From Myxococcota bacterium (GTDB taxonomy: Bacteria > Myxococcota_A > UBA796 > SXON01): a stretch of 64,000 nucleotides of DNA. The notes beneath the pieces are model-generated. The model had not been told where the DNA came from. It was given only the letters and a program-made list of their open reading frames with translations, and did no database searches. A program made the translations under genes and the position numbers. This document shows, in pieces, positions 47,307-57,086 of the stretch (positions are counted from its first letter, which is position 1; every line of letters begins with the position of its first letter). Location of the stretch: the NCBI GenBank assembly GCA_040386535.1, contig JAZKFH010000002.1:252867-316866 (forward strand), given 5' to 3'.

Positions 47307-50300
47307 ATGCCGCTGACCACCGAAGCCCGCGCCGACCTGCTCGCCGCCCTCCAGCCGCACGTCGCCGCGATCGCGGAGGATCTCCGCGCCCGGCTGGTCG
47401 ATCCGAGCACGCGCGCCGAGGTGGCGGCCCGCATGGCCGCCACGCGCCTGCACGCGGAAGAGGCCGTGGGCGAGGCGCTGAACGTCTGGCTCGATCTCTT
47501 GGGCCGGCGCGCCGCCGTGTTGTGGGTGCTCAAGTTCGTGTACGTGCGGGTGCTGGAGGACCGCGCGCTGATCGGCCCCCGGCTGATCGACCCCACGCAC
47601 CAGCAGCTCTTCGAGCGCATCGCGCCGAGCCTCGGCGACACCGCATTCGTGCGGTGGGTGTTCATCGACCTCGCGCGGCCCGAGGGTGGCCTGCCCGAGC
47701 TCTTCGCGACCGAGCCCGCCGAGGTGCTCGCGCCGCAAGACACCCACACCCGCGCGCTCCTCGCGCTGTTCCGCGAGGCCGACAAGGACACCCGCGTCCG
47801 CCGCTTCGACTTCACGGGCGAGCGCTTCGAGGGGCAGCTCCTCGGAGACCTGTACCAGGAGCTCGACCCCGTGGTGAAGGAGCGGTACGCGCTGCTCCAG
47901 ACCCCCTCCTTCGTGCGGTCCTTCATGCTCGACCGTACGCTCGGCGAGGCGCTGAAGGAGTGGCCGGCGGACGAGATCCGCGTGCTGGACCCCGCCTGCG
48001 GCTCCGGACACTTCCTCATCGACGCGCTGCGCCGGCTGGTGGACGCGACGGCCGCCCAGCACCCGGACTGGCCGATGCCGAAGGTGGTGAGGAGCGCGCT
48101 GCCCCGCGTCGTCGGTATCGATCTGAACGACTACGCAGCGGCCCTGGCGCGGGCGCGGCTGGTGATGACGGCGCTGGAGCTCTCCGGCGAGGGCCGGCTG
48201 CGCGCCGCGAGCGATCTGCAGCCGAACGTGTTCTGGGCGGACGGGCTGGAGCAGGTGGAGCGCGGCGAGTCGCTGCGGGGCACGCCGATCGGGCTGTTCG
48301 ACCGGCCGGGAGACACCCCGACGGCCACGCTCACGCCCGAGGCCACGCGGGAGGCCCTGCGCCCGGTGCTGGAGCCGCGTTTTCATGTGGTGGTGGCGAA
48401 CCCGCCGTACATCGTCGAGGGTGACGAGGCGCGGAAGAAGTACCACCGCGAGGCGGTCGGCCGCCCGAAACGCCCGCGGTATGTGTCGGCGTACCGGGAG
48501 TACGGCCTGGGCGCACCGTTCACCGAGCGGTGTTTTCAGCTGGCCATTAGGGCTGGGTTCGTCGGACTGATCAATGGCAGCGCCTTCACCAAGCGTGAGT
48601 ACGGTGTGCCGCTGGTGGAAGAGGTCCTAACGAGCCACGACCTGACGCTCCTCGTTGACACCTCCGGCGCGTACATCCCCGGCCACGGTACACCGACGAT
48701 CATGATTTTCGGTCGGAACCGGTCACCAAGTTCCGAGCACTTCGTCGCTGTACTCGGGAAGCGTGGAGAGCCGAGCAACCCAGACGACGGCACGAAGGGG
48801 AAAGTCTGGCAGTCAATCGTGGCGGGGTGGCATCGGCCCGGCTTCGACAGTCCGTTCGTGTCCACCGAATGGGTGGAACGCGCCAAGTTCAGCGTTCATC
48901 CCTGGAGCTTGCGGGGCGGCGGCGCCCTGGCACTCCAGACACGGCTCCAGGATGGCGCTACGAGGCTCGCCGAAGTTGCCCAGGCGACCGGGTTCATGCT
49001 CATCGCTGGATTAGACCCTGTATTCCTGCGAGAGAAGGGAGCGTACGCTCGGCGTGGGGTATCCCGTACACGCCCGTTATTCATCGGTGAAGGCATGCTT
49101 GCGTGGCAGGGCACCGCTGCGCTGGAGTGCGCTTGGCCGATGAGCGAATCGGTTGCCCCATTGCCCGAAACCGAGGTCCAGGACGTCATCTGCGAACTTT
49201 GGCGGTACCGCACCAGCCTGCGAGATCGCAAACTCTTCGGAAAACCCATTGAGTCCAAGGGTAAAGCCTGGTGGGAGCTTCGCGAGGTCTACGCCGAACG
49301 AATCGGCGGCTCCCTCACTATCGCGTGTCGTCTAATCGCCACGCACAACGACTTCCTGCTCGACCGGACGGGAGCCGTCTTCAAAAATTCAGCACCCGTG
49401 ATCAAGCTCCCGTCGGGAGCCACAGAGGCCGACCATCTTGCCCTGCTGGGTCCACTGAACAGCAGCGTTGCCTGCTTCTGGATGAAGCAGACGTTCTTCT
49501 GCAAGGGCTCGTCGTCGGGTGACACCATCCGCTCGGAAGATTGGGAACCGTTCTGGGAGTTCGACTCCACCAAGCTCGCGCGCTTCCCCCTCCCCCCCAA
49601 CCGCGAGTCCACCGTCCCCTGGGCCCGCGCCCTCGACGCCCTGGGCTCCGACCGTGCGGCCGACACCGTCGCCGCCTCGCTCGCCGAGCCCTCCTGGCGC
49701 GACGCGAAGGCCCTGCGCGCCCTCCTCGACACCCGCCGCACCCGCGACCTCGCCCGTCTGCGCCGCATGGTCGGCCTCCAGGAAGAGCTGGACTGGCTCG
49801 CCTACCGCCTCTACGGGCTCGTCCCCGCCGAGCTCCCCGTGCTCGCCCCCGACGACACCCCGGCGGTCACCCCCGGCCACCGCCCCTTCGAGCTCGACCT
49901 CGCCGTCCGCGACGCCGCCATCCACGCCGCCCTCGCCCGCGGCGAGACGCCGGACGACACGCCAACCGCGTGGTTCAGCCGCCACAACTGGACCGCTTCC
50001 ACCACCCTCCCCGCCGACGCCCCGCCGACGTGGGCCGACCTCGTTGCCCGCCGTCGGGCGATCACCGCCGCAACGGCGCACCTCCAGCTCCTTGAGGCCC
50101 CCGTCCACAAGCGTCGCTGGTACAATCCCGACTTCAAGGAAGACGAGGAGAAGGCCCTCCGCGAGTTCCTGCTCGACAAGCTCGAGGCCTCGCTCTCGCC
50201 CCTCGGCGCCCCCACCACGCCCCGCGCCCTCGCCCGCCGCCTCGCGGCCGACGCGCGTTTCGTCGCCGCCGCCGTCCTTCTCACCGGCTCCGAGGCCCCC

Positions 50301-50873
50301 GATCTCGGCGCGCTCGCCGCCGAGCTCATGGCGAAGGAGGCCGTCGCCGCCCACCCGGCCCACCGCTACACCGCCAAGGGCCTGATCAAGCGCCGCGAGT
50401 GGGAAGCCACCTGGGATCTCCAGGCAAAGGAAGATCGCGGCGAGAAGGTCGGCAAGATCAAGGTGCCGCCCAAGTACACTGGCGTCGACTTCGTCGGGGG
50501 CACGGCGTACCCGCTCCGCGGCCCGCTCGACGTGCCGAAGGAGCGCTTCGTCGCCCACACCGAGATCCCCACGGTGGACGGCAAGCGCCGCGCCGCGGAA
50601 GACTCGCTGTACGGCTGGGCCGGCTGGACCCGCGCCGACCGTCTTGCCCGCCTCTTCGCCCTCCTCGAGGAGCTGGATGACGAGGGCGCTGCCCCCGCCC
50701 AGCGCGTGGCCCTCCATGACCTGATGTTCCGCTACGCCGACGAGCTCGCTCGCACCGAGCCCGGCCGCGCCGCCGACCTCCGCGCCGATCTCAAGGGAGA
50801 AGCCGGCCCCCCGCCGACTGCCGCCCAGCTCGGCGACTGGCTCAAGACGCACCCGCCCACGAAGGCCTGGTAA
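47307..50873 (+). CDS. pglX: BREX type 2 adenine DNA methyltransferase PglX
   Basis: LGDLYQEL..YALLQTP.FV, motif I VLDPACGSGHFL, motif IV NPPY, DTSGAYIPGHGTPT, FKNSAPVIKLP, LQEELDW, HKRRW and RGPLDVPKERF. Confidence 0.93.
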   Translation: MPLTTEARADLLAALQPHVAAIAEDLRARLVDPSTRAEVAARMAATRLHAEEAVGEALNVWLDLLGRRAAVLWVLKFVYVRVLEDRALIGPRLIDPTHQQLFERIAPSLGDTAFVRWVFIDLARPEGGLPELFATEPAEVLAPQDTHTRALLALFREADKDTRVRRFDFTGERFEGQLLGDLYQELDPVVKERYALLQTPSFVRSFMLDRTLGEALKEWPADEIRVLDPACGSGHFLIDALRRLVDATAAQHPDWPMPKVVRSALPRVVGIDLNDYAAALARARLVMTALELSGEGRLRAASDLQPNVFWADGLEQVERGESLRGTPIGLFDRPGDTPTATLTPEATREALRPVLEPRFHVVVANPPYIVEGDEARKKYHREAVGRPKRPRYVSAYREYGLGAPFTERCFQLAIRAGFVGLINGSAFTKREYGVPLVEEVLTSHDLTLLVDTSGAYIPGHGTPTIMIFGRNRSPSSEHFVAVLGKRGEPSNPDDGTKGKVWQSIVAGWHRPGFDSPFVSTEWVERAKFSVHPWSLRGGGALALQTRLQDGATRLAEVAQATGFMLIAGLDPVFLREKGAYARRGVSRTRPLFIGEGMLAWQGTAALECAWPMSESVAPLPETEVQDVICELWRYRTSLRDRKLFGKPIESKGKAWWELREVYAERIGGSLTIACRLIATHNDFLLDRTGAVFKNSAPVIKLPSGATEADHLALLGPLNSSVACFWMKQTFFCKGSSSGDTIRSEDWEPFWEFDSTKLARFPLPPNRESTVPWARALDALGSDRAADTVAASLAEPSWRDAKALRALLDTRRTRDLARLRRMVGLQEELDWLAYRLYGLVPAELPVLAPDDTPAVTPGHRPFELDLAVRDAAIHAALARGETPDDTPTAWFSRHNWTASTTLPADAPPTWADLVARRRAITAATAHLQLLEAPVHKRRWYNPDFKEDEEKALREFLLDKLEASLSPLGAPTTPRALARRLAADARFVAAAVLLTGSEAPDLGALAAELMAKEAVAAHPAHRYTAKGLIKRREWEATWDLQAKEDRGEKVGKIKVPPKYTGVDFVGGTAYPLRGPLDVPKERFVAHTEIPTVDGKRRAAEDSLYGWAGWTRADRLARLFALLEELDDEGAAPAQRVALHDLMFRYADELARTEPGRAADLRADLKGEAGPPPTAAQLGDWLKTHPPTKAW

Positions 50874-50883
50874 GGACTCCCCG

Positions 50884-53800
50884 ATGAGCACCCCCCGCAC
50901 CCTCGACGACGCCTTCGTCATCCCCCGCGCCGAGGACCTCTCGGCGCTCGACTTCGTCATCCGCCTCGACGCGGCGCGCGGCGACACCTCGCTCCGGCGC
51001 CTCGTAGACGACTACGTCGTCACGCCCGTCGTGGCCGACGCGCTGCCAAAGCTCTTCGGCCACATGCAGACTGCGGTCTCGCGCGGAGAGCCGTACGGCC
51101 ACATCCTCCACGGCGGGTTCGGCAGCGGCAAGTCCCACCTCATGACGATGCTCGCGCTCCTGCTCGAGCGCGATCCCGCCGCGTGGGGCAAGGACCACCC
51201 CGCGTTCGCCGCCCTCCGCGAGAAGCATCGGGATTGGGTCGCCGGCGCCAACCTGCTCGTCGTCCGCGTCCACATGCTCTCGGTGCGGCGAGAGGGCGCG
51301 GCCCTCGACGAGATCCTCTACGACGCCGTGAACGCGACGCTGGTGGCGCAGGGCAAGACGCCGTTCCTGGTGAGCGGCGCGATGGAGGTGCTCGCCGAGA
51401 TCCGGCGGGAGGCCGCCGACTACGGCGCAGCCTTCTGGAAGCGGGCGGAGACCGCGGGTGTGGGCGTGGGTCCCGAGGACCTCGTGGCCGCCGAGGAGGC
51501 CGGGGAGGAGGGCGTGCAGGCCCTGGCCGAGGCGTACCTCGCCATGAAGGGCCGCTCCTTCCAGGTGGAGGGCCTCAAGCCGGCCTGGGGCGAAGGCCTC
51601 AAGCGGCTCACGACGCACGTCCGCTCGCAGGGGTTCGGCGGCATCGCCTTCCTCATCGACGAGTTCCTGCTCTGGCTCGCCGAGAAGGCGGGTGAGGACT
51701 TCGTCTCCGCGATCAACGACATGAACACCATCGTCGACTACGCGGGGCGTCGGGACGCTCCGGTGCTTGTCGTCTTCGCGCGGCAGCGCAACATCAAGGA
51801 GTTCTTCCCCGACCTCACCAACCAGGACCGCATCCAGGAGCGCGTGGACCACCACGCCAAGCGCTTCGACGTGACGCAGCTCCAGGATGTCGAACTCCGC
51901 TACATCGTGGCCGGGCGCGTGCTTCGCGAGAAGAAGGACCCGGCCGCCATCGCCGCCGCCATCGAGGTGGTGAGGAACACCTACCGCCGAGCCATCGACG
52001 ACCTGGTGGGAGAGGCAGGGCCCGAGGTCCTGGACGACGTGTACCCCTTCCACCCCGCGCTCATCGACGTGCTGGTGGACGTCAGCAACCTCATGCAGCG
52101 CGAGCGCTCTGCGCTTCGGCTCCTCTACGAGCTGCTGAGCGCCAACCGCACGCTGCCGCTCGACCACCTCCTGCCGGTCGGCCGCGCCTTCGACCATGTG
52201 TTCCCGGAGGCGGGCGTAGAGGCAGCCCAGAAGACGGAGACGCTCCAGAAGATCCACGCCGAGTGGTACCAGCGCCTCCGCCCCCGCATCGACAACTTCG
52301 TGCAGAACAAGGCGCAGAACGGCGACCCCATCTCGGACGAGCGGGCCCAGACGCTGCGGCAGGTGATCAAGACCGTCCTGCTCGGGCTCGTCTCTCCGCG
52401 GCTCGCGGGCAAGGGCAACGAGCGGTTGACCGTCGATCGTCTCGTGAAGCTCAATTTCGCCGACGCCGACGGCGAGCAGATGAAGAACAAGGTCAACCGC
52501 CTCTCGGCCGATCTCGTGGACTTCCAGATCTTCCACGCGCCGGAGATCCAGATCACGGGCGAGAAGGGCGCCGCCATCGTCAGCTACGCGCTCGGGCAGG
52601 CTTCGCTGGGCGAGGTGCTGCGGCGCGCCGAGGAGAAGGTCCGGAACAAGCAGGCGCTGCTGGCCGCGATTGGCAAGCGCCTGGACCGGATGCTGCCGAA
52701 GCTCCAGGGGCTCGTGAGCAGCAAGGACGGCCTGCGCTACGACCTCGTGTGGCGGGGAACGCGCCGAACGGGCCGGGTGGTGTTCGGGAACGTGCGCGAG
52801 CAACCCTACGAGACGTTCCGGCCGGGCACGGGCGAGGACTTCCGCGTGCTCGTCGACTACCCGTGGGACGAGCCGGGCCACACGGTCGGAGAGGACATCC
52901 AGCGGGTGGACTCGGTGCGGAAGAAGCACGGCGGCCTCACGTCGGCCGCGTGGTTGCCGCGGCACTTCTCGACGCAGGAAGAGCGGCTGCTCCGCGAGCT
53001 CGCGGCGGCCGCATGGGTGGTGGACGACGGCGTCAACAGCGAGCTCCTGGCGAGCTACGGCCGGGAGGAGCGCACCCTGCTGCTCGAACAGGCCCGCAAC
53101 CGCCTGGACACGCTGCAGCGGCAGGTTGATGCGGACCTCCTGGTGGCCTACGGCGCCCAGGCCGAGGTCAAGGCGCTCATCGGCCCGCGCGACCCCGATC
53201 TCGGCACCGGCACGCTCGCCGGAGACCTCGACCGCATCGTGCGCGAGCTCCTCGACCGGCGCCACGGGCAGCACCCCGACTACAAGCTCGAGGCCACGCG
53301 CCCGCGCGTGCAGCAGGTCGAGGCGTGGATGCGGGGCGCGTGGGGCCAGTCGGGATCGGTGCACTTCGACGCGGAGACCGGCTCGGCGCTGGAGCACATC
53401 GCCAGGCCGCTGGAGCTCGCAGACGTCGGGCAGAGCCGCGCCGCGATCGAGCACCACGGGCGCTTCGTAAAGGAGATCACGGCCGAGCTGGGCGATCACC
53501 GCTCGGTGACGTGGGGGCCCATCGCGGAGAAGCTGCGGGAGGCGCCGTACGGCCTGACGGACGACGTGATTGATCTCCTGCTCGTCTACGTCTGCCTGCG
53601 CGGCTACCGTCTGCTGGACGCGAGCGGCGAGCGGCTGGAGCCCAAGGTGGGCATCGGCAGCAAGGCGGTGAAGCTGGAGAAGGCTGAACTGCTCGAGCTC
53701 GCGGCGTGGAGCCGCGCCCGCACGCTCGCCCAGCAGGCGCTGCACGTCACGGTTGGGGACTCGCACCGCAGCCTGTCCGCCCAGGACCGGCTCGCGGCCG

Positions 53801-54492
53801 ACCTCTCGACGAAGGCGACCGACGCCCGGCTTGCACTGAGCACGCTTCACGGGCGCCTCGTGGCGTTCGGCACCGAGGGGTCCGAGCGGCAGCAAGAGGT
53901 GAAGACGCTCATCGAGAAGCTCGCGCCCCTCGTGAAGACGGGTACGGACAGCTTCCGGTTGCTCACCGATTGGCTCGCCGGATGGCCTGAGGACGACACC
54001 TCGCTCCGCGTCGCCCTGCGCGCGGCGGGGGCGAACATCGAGGCGCTGGACAAGCTCGACACCACCAGCCGCGGCCACATCGTCCGCGCGCGCGCCGGGC
54101 GCCTCGCGGCCCGCATCGAGACCGTGCTCGACGAGCTCGACGAGCGCCTGCGCGCGCGGGAGCAGGTGCGCCCGCTTCGGATGGAGGACGTCGCCCGCTT
54201 CAACAAGGATGCCCGCCAGATCGTGGCCGAGCTCGTCGAGGGCGGCGGTGGTGGCGGCGGTGGCGGTGGGACCGGTGGCGGCGGCGGTGGTGGGACCGGC
54301 GGTGGTGGGGGCGGCGGCGGCGGTGGTGGTGTCGGCCCGACTCCCCCCGGAGTCACCGAAGAGGTCGTGCGCGTGGGGACGCCGAACGCGGAGAGCATCG
54401 CGGCCCTGATCGACCGGCTCCAGACCGCGCTCGCCACGGGTGACCTCCTGTCGGTCGACGTGACGCTGCGGCGCCGGGAGCGTGAACGGTGA
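50884..54492 (+). CDS. pglY: BREX type 2 ATPase PglY
   Basis: DFVIRL..DYVVTP, Walker A LHGGFGSGKSH, Walker B FLIDEFLLWL, FARQR and YPFHPAL..LMQRERSALRLL. Confidence 0.9.
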   Translation: MSTPRTLDDAFVIPRAEDLSALDFVIRLDAARGDTSLRRLVDDYVVTPVVADALPKLFGHMQTAVSRGEPYGHILHGGFGSGKSHLMTMLALLLERDPAAWGKDHPAFAALREKHRDWVAGANLLVVRVHMLSVRREGAALDEILYDAVNATLVAQGKTPFLVSGAMEVLAEIRREAADYGAAFWKRAETAGVGVGPEDLVAAEEAGEEGVQALAEAYLAMKGRSFQVEGLKPAWGEGLKRLTTHVRSQGFGGIAFLIDEFLLWLAEKAGEDFVSAINDMNTIVDYAGRRDAPVLVVFARQRNIKEFFPDLTNQDRIQERVDHHAKRFDVTQLQDVELRYIVAGRVLREKKDPAAIAAAIEVVRNTYRRAIDDLVGEAGPEVLDDVYPFHPALIDVLVDVSNLMQRERSALRLLYELLSANRTLPLDHLLPVGRAFDHVFPEAGVEAAQKTETLQKIHAEWYQRLRPRIDNFVQNKAQNGDPISDERAQTLRQVIKTVLLGLVSPRLAGKGNERLTVDRLVKLNFADADGEQMKNKVNRLSADLVDFQIFHAPEIQITGEKGAAIVSYALGQASLGEVLRRAEEKVRNKQALLAAIGKRLDRMLPKLQGLVSSKDGLRYDLVWRGTRRTGRVVFGNVREQPYETFRPGTGEDFRVLVDYPWDEPGHTVGEDIQRVDSVRKKHGGLTSAAWLPRHFSTQEERLLRELAAAAWVVDDGVNSELLASYGREERTLLLEQARNRLDTLQRQVDADLLVAYGAQAEVKALIGPRDPDLGTGTLAGDLDRIVRELLDRRHGQHPDYKLEATRPRVQQVEAWMRGAWGQSGSVHFDAETGSALEHIARPLELADVGQSRAAIEHHGRFVKEITAELGDHRSVTWGPIAEKLREAPYGLTDDVIDLLLVYVCLRGYRLLDASGERLEPKVGIGSKAVKLEKAELLELAAWSRARTLAQQALHVTVGDSHRSLSAQDRLAADLSTKATDARLALSTLHGRLVAFGTEGSERQQEVKTLIEKLAPLVKTGTDSFRLLTDWLAGWPEDDTSLRVALRAAGANIEALDKLDTTSRGHIVRARAGRLAARIETVLDELDERLRAREQVRPLRMEDVARFNKDARQIVAELVEGGGGGGGGGGTGGGGGGGTGGGGGGGGGGGVGPTPPGVTEEVVRVGTPNAESIAALIDRLQTALATGDLLSVDVTLRRRERER
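54241..54330 (+). repeat. GGN microsatellite-like tract encoding G10-T-G7-T-G11 linker in PglY
   Basis: Directly visible GGC/GGT run. Confidence 0.9.
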
Positions 54493-57086
54493 GCCCCTCG
54501 CTCCTCCTGCTTCAGCGCCTCACGGAGACGGCCGAAGGCATGCTCCGGGGCGGCTACCTGCTCGTGCAGGACGGCGAGGGCTTCGAGGAGATCCCCGAGA
54601 CCCTCCCCCTTCGCACCGGCGTGAGCGCCGTGGTCGTGCGCGTCGACTCGGAGCTCGCGCTCCGCCACGCCTTGTGGAAGTCACGTCCGGCGCCCGTGAT
54701 CGCGCTCGTTCCCGAGACGCTCACGCTCGCGGCAGACCTCAAGCAGGGCGCCGAGCGGCGCCGCATCCACACGCTCTCGGGCGATGAGGTGCTCTCCGCC
54801 GTGCTCGGTACCCGGGTGACGGGCGTGGACGACGGCGAGCTCCGCACCCTGGCGATCGAGCACGCCGCGCAGATCCAGGCGCGCCTGCACGCCAAGACCA
54901 CCCCCACGGTCATCGACCGCGCGCTGCTGGAGCGCACGCTCGTAGAGGTGGTGGCCGAGCTTCAGGATCTCCGCGCCTCCTCCACGGACGCAGGCACGGG
55001 GAGGCTCGCGGGGCTCCTCGCCCGTTGGATCCAGGTGCCGCCGGCGTGGCCCCCGGTGCTCCGTCGGCTCGCGCGCTCCACCCTCGAACACCACCACGGG
55101 GACGCGGGGCGCGTGCTCGGGTGGGCGCTGGACGAGCCCACGACGCGCTGCCGCGCGCTGCTGATCCGCGGCGCGCTCCTGAGCGTCCAAGGCGAAGTGC
55201 CGGCGAGCGCGTGGGGAGAACTCGCCTCGCTGCGCGACGAGAAACAGGCGATCTTGCGGGCGCCCGCGCTCGCGCGGAGCTTCGTCGTCGACCTCGCACG
55301 GGGTGCCGCCGCCGCGCTGGGTCACGCCGCGCGGCCGCTCCTCGACCAGGCTGACTCCTTGGCAGGCCAGCTCCTTCCCTCCCGCCAGCTCCAGACCTCC
55401 TCGCTCCTGCCGTTGGCGTTCGAAGAGGCCGCGCATGCGATCGCGACGCGCCTCGCCACCGGCGAACCTGTCGCGCGTGAAGCCCTCCGTGCCCTGCGCG
55501 CACATACGCTCGGTGGCACCGCGGAGCGGCGCCTCGAGCTCCTCGAGGAGATGGACCGGCTGACGCGCTACCTGCGCCACGCCCGGCCCGTCGCGACCAG
55601 CGCGGCGCAGCTCGCGCGCAGCTACCTCGCCGACCACGCGCACGCGGACCAGTGCGCCCGCCGCGTCGAGCGGGCCCTCGCGAGCGCGCCGGCCCACCAC
55701 GCCGAGGCCCGCGCCCTGCTCGCCCGCGTCCACGACGCCCGGGACACCCTGAACCGCACCTACGCCGACGCCCTGGTGGGCCAATACAGCGCCACGCTCT
55801 ACGACCGCGGGCTGGTGGCGCTCCAGAACGTCGTGCGCGACGTCGTCGAAGAGCGGCGGGCCAAGCCCGGATGCGGGCGGGTGTTCCTGCTCGTGCTCGA
55901 CGGATGCTCGGTGCCCGTGTTCCTCGACCTCCTCGACCAGCTCACCCAGCCGGGCCTGAACGTCGGCCTGGAGCGTGGCCCCGGGATGTCGCTGCTCGCG
56001 CGGGCCGGGCTCTCCCCGCTCCCGACCATCACCAGCCACGCGCGCGGGGCGCTGTTCCTCGGAGCGATCCCGCACGACCCCTTCGCCGCCGAGACCCAGT
56101 GGCGTGACGAGGGCGAGCGCACCACCGATCCTGCGCGCTTCAAACAGAACAAGGCGCTGGGCGACGCTCCGCGCCAGCTCTTCCTGAAGGGGGACCTCGC
56201 GGACGGCGGCGCCGCGCTCCAGACATCGCTGCGCGGGCCGACGGAGGTTGTGGCCGCCGTGTTCAATGCCGTAGACGATCGCATCGGCAGTCACGACACC
56301 GGCGCCGCGTGGCGCCTCCAGGTGGAAGACGTGACGGGGCTCCTGCCCGCGCTCCAGGCGGCGCTGGACACGGGGCGCAAGGTGCTGCTCACCGCGGACC
56401 ACGGCCACACGCCGTTCCGCGGCACGGGGCTGCGCGTGGGGGCCGGGAGCACGCCGCGGTACGCCCGTCTCGCCCCTGGCGAGGTGGTGCCGGACGGCTT
56501 CCTGGAGATCGATTGCGGCGACCTCGCCGGAGAGCCCGGACGCACCGCCTACGCGTGGCGGTCGGGGGCCTACCGCGGGCAGGTGCAGGTCGGATTTCAC
56601 GGTGGGTGCAGCCTGGAGGAGATGGTGGTGCCCGTCGCCTGGCTCGCGCGCGAAGGCGTCCCCGCGGATCGCCCCGCGTGGTGGCACGACGCCGGCGCGG
56701 TGGAGGGCGTGGCTTCCCCTGCGGAGCCCGCACCCCTCGAGCCGCGCGCCGTCTCGCCGGTTGAGCTCCCCCCGGCTGGAGCTTCGGTACAGAAGGTGCT
56801 GACGCTGCCCTTCTCGCCGCCGGACGCCGCCCTGGGCCGGCTCCCTGTGGCGCTGCGCCTGGCCCTGGAGGAGGACGGAGCGCGGGCGGTAGCCTGGATC
56901 GCCGCGGACGGCCCGATCCGCACCTCCGTGCTCGCGAAGCGTCTCGGCAGGCCCGAGTCCCGCGTCCCCGGCTGGCTCGCCAAGCTCAACCGCACCCTCT
57001 CCGAGCACGGCGCCCGCCTCGAATCCGAGGCCCTCCCCGATCTCGAGCAGCAGTGGCGATACAGTGGCCCGCGGGAGGATGGGTGA
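54489..57086 (+). CDS. pglZ: BREX alkaline-phosphatase-fold protein PglZ
   Basis: FLLVLDG, LPTITSHAR, VFNAVDD, TADHGH and GFHGGCSLEEMVVP. GTGA overlap with pglY. Confidence 0.92.
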   Translation: MSPSLLLLQRLTETAEGMLRGGYLLVQDGEGFEEIPETLPLRTGVSAVVVRVDSELALRHALWKSRPAPVIALVPETLTLAADLKQGAERRRIHTLSGDEVLSAVLGTRVTGVDDGELRTLAIEHAAQIQARLHAKTTPTVIDRALLERTLVEVVAELQDLRASSTDAGTGRLAGLLARWIQVPPAWPPVLRRLARSTLEHHHGDAGRVLGWALDEPTTRCRALLIRGALLSVQGEVPASAWGELASLRDEKQAILRAPALARSFVVDLARGAAAALGHAARPLLDQADSLAGQLLPSRQLQTSSLLPLAFEEAAHAIATRLATGEPVAREALRALRAHTLGGTAERRLELLEEMDRLTRYLRHARPVATSAAQLARSYLADHAHADQCARRVERALASAPAHHAEARALLARVHDARDTLNRTYADALVGQYSATLYDRGLVALQNVVRDVVEERRAKPGCGRVFLLVLDGCSVPVFLDLLDQLTQPGLNVGLERGPGMSLLARAGLSPLPTITSHARGALFLGAIPHDPFAAETQWRDEGERTTDPARFKQNKALGDAPRQLFLKGDLADGGAALQTSLRGPTEVVAAVFNAVDDRIGSHDTGAAWRLQVEDVTGLLPALQAALDTGRKVLLTADHGHTPFRGTGLRVGAGSTPRYARLAPGEVVPDGFLEIDCGDLAGEPGRTAYAWRSGAYRGQVQVGFHGGCSLEEMVVPVAWLAREGVPADRPAWWHDAGAVEGVASPAEPAPLEPRAVSPVELPPAGASVQKVLTLPFSPPDAALGRLPVALRLALEEDGARAVAWIAADGPIRTSVLAKRLGRPESRVPGWLAKLNRTLSEHGARLESEALPDLEQQWRYSGPREDG

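Noticed and set aside
49586..49598. C5-T-C7 tract in pglX as a phase-variation switch (by analogy with Streptomyces pglX)
   Set aside because: The ORF is intact, the tract is short and encodes Pro-Leu-Pro-Pro, and similar runs occur elsewhere (for example G8 at 20031). Read-level data would be needed.
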